This document shows positions 48,759 through 59,755 of a stretch of 64,000 nt of DNA, piece by piece. Under the pieces are notes generated by a model that worked only from the letters and a program-made list of their open reading frames with translations, was not told the origin of the DNA and made no database searches. The stretch is from Bilabrum cf. latius (lineage: Eukaryota), in the NCBI GenBank assembly GCA_965178125.1, contig OZ237736.1, positions 372,001 to 436,000 on the forward strand, written 5' to 3'. The position numbers and the translations under genes were made by a program. Position 1 is the stretch's first letter; the number at the start of each line of letters is the position of its first letter.

Positions 48759-49318
48759 GGAAGCCGAGATGGTGTGTTTGACATCCTCCCTCGTGTAGAT
48801 CACGTCCGCGTGCCTGAACTTCTCCTTGAACAGCCCACCTGGTTTCACGATTCTCCGGTGTCCCACGGCTGGTGTTGCCGATGATCCGCTCGACTGCCAC
48901 GGGAGTGCTCGCGGCTCTTCGGATGAAGAAGGCGGTTGAGCGCTGAGGATCGATGTGCGGCTGCGGCGTCAGCGCCAACTACGATGTGGCACTCCGATCA
49001 TGGATTTCGTTTCGCTGCGGCTGCGGCACACTCTGACGGCTCGAAGGTAGCATCGTCTGGGCTAATGTGTCGCGTTTCGAACAAGTCGTGTGCTCAGGGG
49101 CTGATGAGACCAATTGCAAAGCACAGTTGCGAGTATTTTGTCGTTCCACGCTGTATCATTCCTTTGCTCAGCCCCCTACAAGCAGGGCGCTGTGCGGCCA
49201 GCGCTCCACCTCGGCGGTGGCCGGTTTCGGAGGGTAACGTGCACTTTGCAGTCCGTGTTGTTCGGCTGCGGTCGTGCCCACCTTTGGAGCGTCTTTGGTG
49301 TTTAAACCATTAATTTGC

Positions 49319-52300
49319 ATGTCCCTATTAAGTGATAGTATTAATGGCTTTTCTCCAGCCGGTAGAGCACCCTTGTATTCCCAGGATTGCTTGTGAGATT
49401 CGTGAAGTTGCACATGTGCTGGTCTTGTCGTAGCCCTTGCGGTGCGCTGCGCTACGAATGATCACTCTTTATGCATTTAGCCTCTAATTTCCAATGTGCA
49501 GAACAATATTTGTTTGTGATGGCAATCTAGTCACGGCCTTTTCTGTGCTGAACGGGCAGCGGGTGTTCTCTGCTGCTGGGCACACTGCGACGGTCACATC
49601 GGTGGTGCAGCACCCTTCTGTTGCGTCCAGGCTAGTCACTAGCTCGCTAGATGGTACAAGTGAGATTATTATTCTAGTCCCTCTCGCGATAACGCTACTC
49701 TCTGCGGTGCAATGTTTTGAATGCCGCTGCACTGGTTGTCTTGCTCGCAGTTCGAGAGTGGGACGCGCGCGATGGAGCGCATCTTAGCTGCCACGCAGTC
49801 GGTCGCCCTATTTCACACATGGTAGCATCACTTGTTTAGGATGGGATCGTGTACGCTGCTACTGTAGAATATTCGGATGGCACTGGAAGGGCCACTGGGC
49901 TTGCGCTTCCCGGCACCGAAGCAGGCGCCGCCACTGGGCACAGACCGAATGCGCTGCAGTCGGGCTCGTTGGTCCTTAAGCTATCACTGAACAGCGACAG
50001 CGCGCCGCATGCTGGGGCGAGCAGCCAGTCTGCCACCAGCAGTGCCGGTGCTGCCAGCACCTCCTCCAAGCAAGACAGGAAGCGCAAGAGGAGACGGTCC
50101 TCGTCAGCTAGCTCTACAGGAGCTGATGCTTCGGAGACAGACTCTTCTTTTGCCACTTAGGCTGCTGCACCGCCGTCAGCGGAGATCAAGCGCACGTACG
50201 CGTGCTCTGGGGCGGGGCCATGCGTCGGTCTCGCAGTGCGTCGGCGTGTCGCTAGTGTGACGAGTGCTGGGCAGGCAGCCATGGAGAGCGACGCCAGCGG
50301 CGGTTCTGAGCGAGCCGCGGGAGGCGAGTTTGTTGTCTGGGCGGGCGGGCAGACTCTCCGTGTGCTGGACACTTCCTCTGGCAGCCTTGAGGCGCACAGG
50401 CACGACAGGCCACTCACCGCCATGTCGGTCGCGAGCCAGGGAACAGCGGTCACGGTGGGTGACTCGATGGGCAGGCTGATCGAGATTGAGGCGCTGAGGC
50501 CTGGTCGCAGCGGCACGGGCTCCTCGGAGAAATCAAGCTCGGCACCATCGGAGAAATCTAGCTCGCTTGCCATCCAGGTGGCTCGGTCGCACCAGCAGCC
50601 GGGATCCAGGGGCGGCCGGGGAGACAGGGCGGTTAGGCACTGGCACTCGCACGCGGTGTGGTGCTGCGCCTACACAGAGGACGGGCTGCAGCTGCTGTCA
50701 GGTGCGGAGGAGGGCGCTCTTGTTGTCTGGCCCAGGCAGCAGCAAGGCGGGGGCAAGCCGAACTTTCTGCCGAGGCTCGGGGCTACGCTCCTCGCCATCG
50801 CGTCCAGCGACGGACCTGCCGCCGGTGCCAGCACAACCGTCGCATCCTCATCCTCATCAGCATCATCGTCGTCAGCTGCGGCGGTGCCTGTCGTTGCCAG
50901 CGCGGTGCGGGAGTCCGTGCCACCATCCTATGCTCTTGTTCTCTCGGACAGGTCGCTGCTGCTAGTGGATTCGCGCACTTTGGCCACCCTGTGGAGGGCC
51001 CGAGGGATGGCCAGTGGGGCGGCGGATGCGTCGCTGGAGGCGGTGAGCCACCGGCACCGAGCAGATCCCGGCCGAGAGCTGGCAATCTCCCTGCGGCAGT
51101 CGGCCGTTTTCGCGCCAATGCTGCCGGGTGGGCAAGGGGGGGGCGCGTCTGCCGCGACCCTGAGAAAATCGATGCTTCCGCTGCTCACCGAGACGAGCGA
51201 GTTGCGCGGCGCCTTGCCCCGTTTGCCAGCCACGGATGCAGCAGCCGTGGGTGCCGCGATCGTGTCCCAGCGGTGGCACGGAGCTTTGGCTCGATGCACG
51301 GACGCTGCTGCTGACAGGGCGTGCGCTGCCCTCACTCGGGCTGCCAGCGACGTCTCTGCGGGTTTGGGTTTGGCTGGCGGGGATTCTGTTGCTGTCACTA
51401 AGCTGGTGGGGCCTTACGTGGCTGCAGCCAAGGAGGCGGCATTCTGTGCCGGTGGAGCAGTCACGTCTACTGTCGTCGGTGTGCCAGCGTCCATTGGCGG
51501 CCTCGTGCCGTTCGACATCGCGGACGCACTGGCTCGGCAGGATGCAGATGCGTCGTATTGCAGTGCCACGGGCGGCGTCGGTGCCGTGTCGTTGCTGTCC
51601 TCATCCAGCGGTGGATCGTCGGCGGGGGTTGCGGCGCTACCTGACGGAACTTTTCTGGCGTCTGGTGCACCGGGTACTGGTGCCTTGCAGCAGCTGAGGC
51701 TGGGCGTGCTTCGTGCGTCCGGCATCGATGGCGCGGGCCTGGGCGATCAGTCGTCAAGGCCAGCAAGAGTCGTGCTATCGCATGCCGATATTGTACAGGT
51801 GAGCTAGTAGTATGCGTGCGTGCTTGTCTTGTCTTGGTTTTTGCCGTGCTGGTGATGTGCATGGTGATGGGTTGGGTTGCTGCATGTTGCCTGCTTGCCT
51901 GCTTTGTGCTGTCCTTGCTTTTGCCTACGCCGCCAAATCGCTATACCGCAACCCGTCAAGTACCCACGACGATACGCGGCACGCAATGGCGGCAAGACGT
52001 ACCCCCGCGGTTTTGTCGAAGAAACCGTGGTGCACTCTTCGAAGCTCCGCTTCTGTTTTCTCGATGGGATGACGGAGTCAAATGAGTAGCGACATCCTCA
52101 GCTGCTTGCCAGCGCTTTGTGTGCTTCCGTGCTCTCGAGTACCCACTCTATTACACGACGCAAAGACTCGCCAAGCTTTTGCATGCCTTTAATTTGTCAT
52201 TGGGCGCAGGTCTCGCCAAGGACGAACGCATCGCGTGCGGACGACACCCCGCCGCCAGACCCGGTCGTGACCCACGTGGCTGTCTCGAATGACGGCAGCA

Positions 52301-55005
52301 GCATTGCAACATCCGAAGTAGCCAGGGACGAGCTGGACGCAGGCACATCCACGCTGCGGTTCTGGCACAAGCTGCCCGGGGTACAGGGCGCGGGGTGGGT
52401 GCCCGACACGGTGGCCCACGCCCCTCACAAGCAGGGCCATCCCGTCGGCTCCCTCGTGTACTCGCCCACGCAGCACGCCGTGGTGTCGACTGCTCCCGCC
52501 AGGTCCTTCAAGCTGTGGGTGAGGGAGTCGGACACCTCCGACAAGCAGATCAAGATGTCGAGCCTGACGGTGACGCAGAGGGACAGGATGAAGCGGCGCG
52601 CTGACAGGGCCAGGCAGCTGGCCAAGAAGGCAGGACTGGACCCCAACCGAGCGGCGCGCGCGGCAGAGAAAGACGAGCTTGAGAGGGTCAAGCAGCAGCG
52701 CGCGGCCGACAGCATCCGGTGGAGCTGCAGGTCGCAGTGCTTTTGGAGGGACCTTCCCATCGGTGGAGCGAGTTTCTCAGGGGACGGTGCCGTGCTCGCC
52801 GTCGCCTACGGACCGTCGGTGACTCTGTGGGCGCCCATGGGGGGCACCTTGCTGGGGGTGCTGTCCCCGCCTCCCACCGTGGGGGTGATTTCCCCCGGGG
52901 GTCGAAAAGAAGGAAGTGTTGATGGTTTGCTGCTCGGGCCCGGCGGGGCAGCGCTTCAGGTGTGGGAGGAGCAGAGGAAGCAGGCGTCTGCTCGCCTGAG
53001 GCACGTGTGTCTGCTGCCCGACTCGTGCTTCGTGGTGGCAGCCACTGCCACGCAGGTGCAGCTGTGGGACGTGCGCTCTCTGGAGATGCTGTGGTGCCTG
53101 GATCTCGGGGAACAGTGGGAGGGCAGCAGAAGCGAATCGGAGCAGCCCGGGTCCACCAGTGGATTCGTGGTCTCGTGCGTCACACCAGAGAGGGCAAAGG
53201 ACCAGTTCACGGGGCACGCGACCCCCTCGAGATTTGCCGTCGTTCTGTCTGCCGCACAGCCCACGGTGGCCGCGTGCCAGGCGCGGTCAGCAGCAGGAGC
53301 TGCCAAGGAGGCCAGTGCTGCTACTGCCACGCCGTGCGCCGGCCTCGTGCTGCTGCTGAGCCCCTCCGCCCCCGTGCCTTTGGCCACGTGGAGGATCCCT
53401 TCACTCGTCACACCAGTGAGCCGCACGGCCCCAGTTGCGGGCGAGAGCTCTCCACTCCGCCCGGACCTGGACGAGATCTTGGCGGATGCTCGCCGCTTGG
53501 CCAGCGAGTCCCAGTCGCCGAGCAAGGGCAAGGGCAAGGGCACGAGCACGAGCAAGGGTACGAAGTCGCCAGCTCGGTCCAAGGGCAAGGGCAAGGGCAA
53601 GGAGGCGCTGTCCAACGGGAAGCCATCCTCAAAGAAGAAGCGCAAGACAGAAGGGTCGACAGACGCGGGCAAAGTGGCGGGGAGGGAGTAGGACGAGACA
53701 GCACGGGAGGCCGCGCTGGCCGCCTCGGCAGCTTCTGGGCTGCTCCTGCCGCCTGCCATCGGGGAGGGCAGGGAGGAGGAGGACAGCGTGGCCCACTACA
53801 CGGCCGCGTTGTTCCTTGAGGAACAGGCAGCGGCCTTCCGCGCGCGGGCTCTCTCGGTGGCGTTCCTCACCCGGGACCGCGCGATTGCAGCACTCAAAGC
53901 CGTGGGTTCGAAACCCGCTTCGCAGTCCTGCTGCTGCCTGATCATGACCCGGGCCGATGGTAGGATCGCCAGCCTCGGCTGGGACGGCCGCTCTGTTGAG
54001 AACGCCGCCCATGCCGCGAGTGGCGCGGGTGCATCGCACGATGTTGCTGCTGCTGCCACTGCCACTGCTGCTGCTGCCACTGCTGCTGCTGCTGCAATGC
54101 TTGAGGACGGGCCGGTCGGCCTCCGGGGTGCTGTGCCCAGCGAGGGCCACCAGGGGGCCAAGACACTGGCCAGGCTGGCGCGGGCCATGGGTGACGTCAG
54201 GAGTGACGTCATTTCCGCTGCGGTTTCGACGGGGTACGGTGCGGGTGCCCTGCCCGACGCTCGGCGTGGCCGGAAGGACACGTCGGTGCTTGGGGCTCCC
54301 TCGCACCTGCTGCCACCACTGAGCCAGGTGTTTGGATAGTTCATCATGGCCACGCTGCCTGCCTCCGTGGAGGAACAGAACCGTGTGACGAGTGGATCTG
54401 GGCGGGAGGGTGCTCAGGCGGGCGCTGCTGGTGTTGGCAGCAGCAGCAGCGGCGGCGGCGTGCATGGCCCCGACACCGGCTTTGGCGGGGAGCAGCAGCT
54501 GATTCTGGATGGGCATGGGGATGCAGAGTCGCCTTGGGTGTGGGGGATCAAAGAAGAGCAGGAGCTGCAGCTGGCGGGCAGCAGCAGCAGCACGGGCGAC
54601 GTCCCTGCGCTCACGCCGGAACGCCACGGCCAAGCTATCATCGAGCAAGGTGGGAGCAGGGAAGCCACCGAATCCGGTCGGATTCAGCCTGCCCCAGTCG
54701 TAGATTGGGAGGACCGCGAGGCCTGCATCTCGTCGCTGCTCCCATCTGGTTCAGAATTCGCGAATGAGACTGGGCGGGGTGCAGACGTGAAGGCATCGGG
54801 AGCGGCGACAGGGCCCGAGAACAAAAGCGCCTCTGCAGCACGGACACCGTAGCTTGAAAGCGGTAGTAAAGCTACTCGTTCGTTGCAGAAATCGCTTGCT
54901 TCTATGCGAAAAGCAGTTGGCGGTTCTTGGGTTGACGATACAGCGGCAAGGCGCCTCGTCGTCTTGAAGCATCTGATGCGAGGCATTGGCTCCTACAGTA
55001 GTTAA
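49319..55005 (+). CDS. WDR75: WDR75/Utp17 (UtpA, SSU processome); introns 49393-49501, 49660-49750 and 51799-52209
   Basis: Motifs TSSLDGTIREWD, HWHSHAV..LLSGAEEGALVVW..FLPRLG, TLRFW, SFKLW and PSHLLPPL. TAG at 49837, 50158, 53689, 54337 and 54850; first TAA at 55003. Confidence 0.82.
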
Positions 55006-55229
55006 TGCTTATATTAGGCATGAATACCTTTATCAGATACTTCTGTAGTAGCCAAGTGGCTGACTAGCTCATGCAGTTCGGGCCGGGCCTGCCTCTTCTA
55101 GCTACATCCCGAGTCGTGGCCAAGCTACCTACCACAAGATATATGTGTTCCATTCGCAGAATAATCGCGGAACTGCCGCCATGATAAGAACAACGTCCCC
55201 AAAAAATACAGGGATAATTCCGATCGAAC

Positions 55230-55238
55230 AAAAGAAAA
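55230..55238 (-). terminator. RNA polymerase III terminator (TTTTCTTTT)
   Basis: T-runs immediately 3' of the tRNA. Confidence 0.75.
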
Positions 55239-55311
55239 TATCAGTGGTGGGCTTCGATCCCACTACCTCTCGCGTGTGAAGCGAGCGCTCTACCAACTGA
55301 GCTACACTGAC
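55239..55311 (-). tRNA. tRNA-Val(CAC)
   Basis: 73-nt cloverleaf. Acceptor stem GTCAGTG/CACTGAT, anticodon arm CTCGC-TTCACAC-GCGAG, T-arm GTGGG-ATCGAAG-CCCAC. Confidence 0.95.
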
Positions 55312-55877
55312 ACACACCTGAGACCGTGAAATAGAGTATATGATCGCAATAATTATTGATTGATAGATACGTGACTCCTGGGACCCAAAGAAACACAACG
55401 AGTTGGCCTGCCCGTCCACCACAGTCACAACTGCTCTCAACAAGAGAAGATTAGGCTTTCAGGTGAGACTTTCTTCGTGCCACCGACTCAATTAAACATA
55501 TTATTACAAATTGCGCACAAGTCACGGTGCCCAAGTCGCGGATTTGGCGAGTGATGGGATTGGAAGATGGGTCAACTAGAGCTAGCGTTTTTGACCACGT
55601 CTCCACGCACACTCCCATGCTCGTATATCAGCCCACCCAATGCGCAATGCGGACTGGATCCTAATTTTTTGTTATGTTGTGTTATGACTGGTACCACGAA
55701 TTGCACTGAAGGCTCGCAGACCGCCGCAACAGACGTGTGTTCCTGCCTGTGTCTAATTTAGGCGTTAGGGTGGCGCGCCGCGTGCGCAGGCGGCTAGACG
55801 ACGAGCCAGCCTCTTTTTCTGCGCCGCCTTCTGCACAATGATACGTACGAATAATTCTTATATTCTGTCACTGCAGA

Positions 55878-57479
55878 ATGGCTGCGCAGCCACCTGCAAG
55901 GGCGCAAATGAACCCGCCTCCCGGCACGTTCGGCTACGCGAGCAACGGAGGAGCCGTCCAGCCTCAGCACGTGGAGCTCGGGGCAGCAGGGCACGGCTAC
56001 CCGTACAATCCCCAGAATCCAGTCTACGGCCATGCGGCAGCGTCGTCCCAGTCGGTCGTGGGGAGCCCCCACGCGTCCGGGCGGCAAGTGGCGCCGGTCG
56101 CTGCCGCGCCAGCCGGAGGCGACCAGATGGCCGCCGCTGCAGCCCCGGGCGCGCCAGCGCCGTTCAAGAAGTACCATCCGCTAGACGAAGAGGCTGATCC
56201 TGACGCGGGCAAGTACAAGAGCGACGACAAGTGTTTCGAGCTCCCGTACAAGAAGGTCCTCCACACCACCCACTACTGCATCCTCGATCAGAACCCGAGG
56301 AAGCACGTCCGTGCGGCTTACCGCGACCTGAACAAGCGATACGGGTGCATAACCGTCTGGTTATTCGAGAATCAGCACATCATTTCAAGCCTCGGCGTGC
56401 TGTCTGCCCTGTTCCAGGTCGCGCTGGTCGTGGTGGCCGGCTTCTTTGGGTCGGGCGGCGAGACGAGGGTGAACGACGTGGTGGCGGCCTGCTGCTCGGG
56501 GGTCGGAACCATCCTGATCGCCATCAAGCCGTACCGGCTCTAAAGGTACAGGCAGCGGCTCGGGATTGAGTTCGCGAACGAGGAGGCGAAGATCGCGGCG
56601 TACGAGGCATCCCTGCGGCACGCCCCCGTGGACCACACCTCCTGCACGCTCTTCCGGTGCATGTGCTGCTCCTACAACACGGTGCGATCTGACGACATCA
56701 CGGTCAACCGAGAGCTGAACAGGGAAGGTCCCTGCACCTGCACCTACCAGCAGATCCAGTGCTGCTCCCTCTGCTTCCCTCCATGCACCCTCTACAAGTG
56801 GTGGTACACGGATCCTGCCCTGCTTGCACACGGGCTGCGGACGACCGACATGCACCACCGGAAGTACGCGATGGAGGACTTCAGCCAGGAGTACGGATCT
56901 GCCAGCCAGCAGGCCGAGCAGTTCTTCCAGTATGCCCTCGTGGGGGCTGGCCTGCTCCTCCTGGCTGCCTTCCTTCAGGTGCCTGTGAGCGACGGCTCCA
57001 CCTACGACCAGGTGGTGTCTGACCTGTACGGCAACTCCGGGAGCGTGGTCGGGAACGTACCCAGAGACAGGGCGTTCGAGATATCGTTCTACAAGGCTCA
57101 TGTAGACCTGTTCCTGGTACCCTTGTTCAACCCACTCTACTACACGTACTCGACCATGTTCCCTCTGACATCGGCGGTCAGCTCCACCAACGTGAACGGC
57201 AAGCACGCCATCGTGTTTGAAGACCCCAGGGCCTGGGTCATGTCTTTCGTGCGGAGGGCAAAGGAGCACAACGAGGACCCGGAGCACGCGGCCATCGTGG
57301 CGGGGGCCATGCTGGTCGAGACCATGGACCGGGACAAGAACCAGTGCTGCAGGAACCTTTGCCTGCGGACCGCTTCGTTTCAGCTGCTTGGGACGGCGGG
57401 TGTTATGCTTGCCGTCATCCTGTACGTCGCGTTCATCTTCCACGAGCAGCGGCTGAATGAGCAGGAGGTCGAGGCGTGA
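55878..57479 (+). CDS. Multi-pass membrane protein of unknown function with Cys-rich segments and one internal in-frame TAA (56541-56543)
   Basis: ORFs 55878..56543 and 56628..57479 are in frame with high-GC3 codons across the gap. TGA stop. Confidence 0.65.
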
Positions 57480-57984
57480 ATCAGCGCGCCGTACGTGCTC
57501 CTCCTCTCAGAGCAACTGCTTGTGCTCGCTTCAGCTGGGCGTGGTGCCCTGCTCTGAACTCACAGGTTGTGCCCGGGCTAGCCGGAGTTACACTTGATGA
57601 GTTTCCTTGCTGGGGCATGCCTGCCGCAGCTGCAAGCATGTTTCGATCGAGCGGCTGGTCGTGGATCCAGCTGCTGCCATGGGCCGTGTGTGCGATGCTC
57701 ATCCCGGATGCCCTGTGAATCTGGGTGCCTCCCGCAGGCTCGTTTTCGTGCTTGCTGGGGGCAATCCTGAGAGCAGGTAGACGGTTGGTATTTGCACCTG
57801 CAAATGCTCTTGGTAGCAGTTGGCCGGCGCGAAACCTGGTGGAGCACGACGCACTTCCGGAGTCCGGACTAGGAACCTTCGATTGAAGGTTCGCGTGTGC
57901 CCCATCGCAGCCAGCACCAGTGTGATTGCACTTGGTATACAAGAACATCCGCCATATCTACATTAATTCAATCATTGTATCATC

Positions 57985-59026
57985 ATGCCATACTTTAACT
58001 GCTAGGCTTGCCAGGAAACTGTGAAGGGAAGCAAAGTTGGTGAGACTTGATCAGCATCGAAACAGCAACAGCGAAGCTAAGGGCACATCGCAGCATACCG
58101 GTTGCGTTTTTTCATTCAGCACAGAAGCGCATTGGCGTTCAAAATGTCCAGCCTGCGACGAGCTCATGTGTGTGGACTGTGGCTAGAGTTTTTTTGGAAA
58201 TGGCTACAAGGGGCACTCGCAGTGCGTCTCGGAAGCCAAGAAGTATCAAGGCCACTTGTATGAATCAAGCGCTGAAAAGAAAAAAGCAAGCGCCATCGAC
58301 AAGTTTGCAGCTGTTGTGCAGGCTGCGTCGGAAAATCATGCGGGAAGCGAAACTGGCAGGCTGCTGCAGCAACTGATAGGCAACACTACGGTTCCTCGCA
58401 AGCGCAAGGCGTTTCTGAACTTTTGCGGCAACTCGCTGCGCATTCGAAATCCAAAGCAATCCGAGGCTCTTTGGGACGCCATCGATGTAGAGCGTCAGAA
58501 GGCCGCCAAGCTGGCCGAGGAGGAGGCCAAGACAGCCAAGGCGGCGAAAGAGGCTGCCAAGGCAGCTGCAGCCAAGGAAGCGGAAAAGCCCAGCAAGAAA
58601 AGCAAAAAGTAGAAGAAGGAAAAGAAAGAAAAGAAGGAGAAAAAGAGCAAGTCGGGAAAGAAAAGGAGCAGAGAGGAGATGGAGGCGGGCGAGCATGGAG
58701 GGGACTCGGAGGAGAGCCTTTCGTCGGGCCCCGGCGGGCCTGCGAGCGGAGCGGGCGCAGACGAACCCTCCCCATCCCCGTCCCCCGGGTCATCATCGAA
58801 GGGGGCAGAGGCAGCCCTCAAATGCCTGCAGCGGGCCGCCAAGAAGGCCAGGGTGGACCTCGGGGCGGTTGCAACCTGCAGCGATGGAAAGGACTCGGAG
58901 GTCGTCAGGGCGGCTTCCAGGCGGCTGTGGAAGAAAGCTGGCGGCGTGGAGGGCATGGGAGTTGCGACCAAGGAGGAGGCTAAGGCCGCCGTACTCGCCC
59001 GATTGCAATCTATCACGACATCATGA
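57985..59026 (+). CDS. LYAR: LYAR-type C2HC zinc-finger nucleolar protein; intron 58040-58124
   Basis: MPYFNC[TAG]ACQETVK..H..C..LMCVDCG[TAG]SF..YKGHSQCVSEAKKYQG, then VPRKRKAFLNF and a Lys-rich tail. TAG at 58003, 58184 and 58610; TGA stop. Confidence 0.9.
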
Positions 59027-59085
59027 TGCATGATTGCTGGCGCGCTTGTAGAACCTATCACCATGTCTCAATGCAGCAGCAATCG

Positions 59086-59632
59086 TTACGACGTACCGGT
59101 GGTCTTAGAGCCACCGCTTGAACCACCACTCCCTCCCCCAGAAGAACCTCTAGCGCCCCCGAATGGGGCCCCTGCCGCAGCCTCTGCCTCTTTCCTGGAG
59201 GCGTCCTGCAGCAAGTCCGTCTCTACCTCCATGGCAGGGACCTGGACGTATCGAACCACGGAGCCGCGAATGAAAATATTCTTGATTGTAGCCTGCATAC
59301 GAAGAAATAATGAATAATGCGCTCTTTGTGGGGCTGCAGCATGTGCTGCTCTGCACTGCTGTTCAGATGAAACGTCTTACCAGCTGTGGGAACCGCTTTG
59401 CATCGATCACCCTTGCATTGTCAAGCTTAAAATTCAAATACTGGTCGACACTATGCAGAATTCCCGAGATCTAGACTTCATTCTTAAGCTCTATCTGGAC
59501 AGGCTTGCCAACCAGTGTCTTGAAGAATGACACGAACAGCTGCGGGCAAATCGAAACAAAGAAGGGGCTCTCAAGAATGTACAGAGGACATAATGCTGCT
59601 TTTAAGTGTGAGATCGCTCCTGTACTCACCAT
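59086..59632 (-). CDS. LSM2: U6 snRNA-associated Sm-like protein LSm2; introns 59540-59629 (after an ATG-only exon) and 59293-59380
   Basis: MLFVSFFKTLVGKPVQIELKNEV[TAG]ISGILHSVDQYLNFKL...IKNIFIRGSVVRYVQVP. TAG at 59471; first TAA at 59086. Confidence 0.95.
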
Positions 59633-59755
59633 TATCAAAGGATTATTGGCTGCTGCAGCGGGGCCGGCTTGGCGCCGCGCATTCATGGGGTTCCGCTGTA
59701 GTTGCATTGCGCTGTGGCGCATCGCGAGTTCTTTCGCGATGTCCATTTCGTTGCA

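Noticed and set aside
51799-52209. snoRNA in the long WDR75 intron
   Set aside because: No convincing C/D box pair or H/ACA structure was seen by eye.
55239-55311. tRNA as the UAG-decoding tRNA
   Set aside because: The anticodon is CAC (Val), not CUA.
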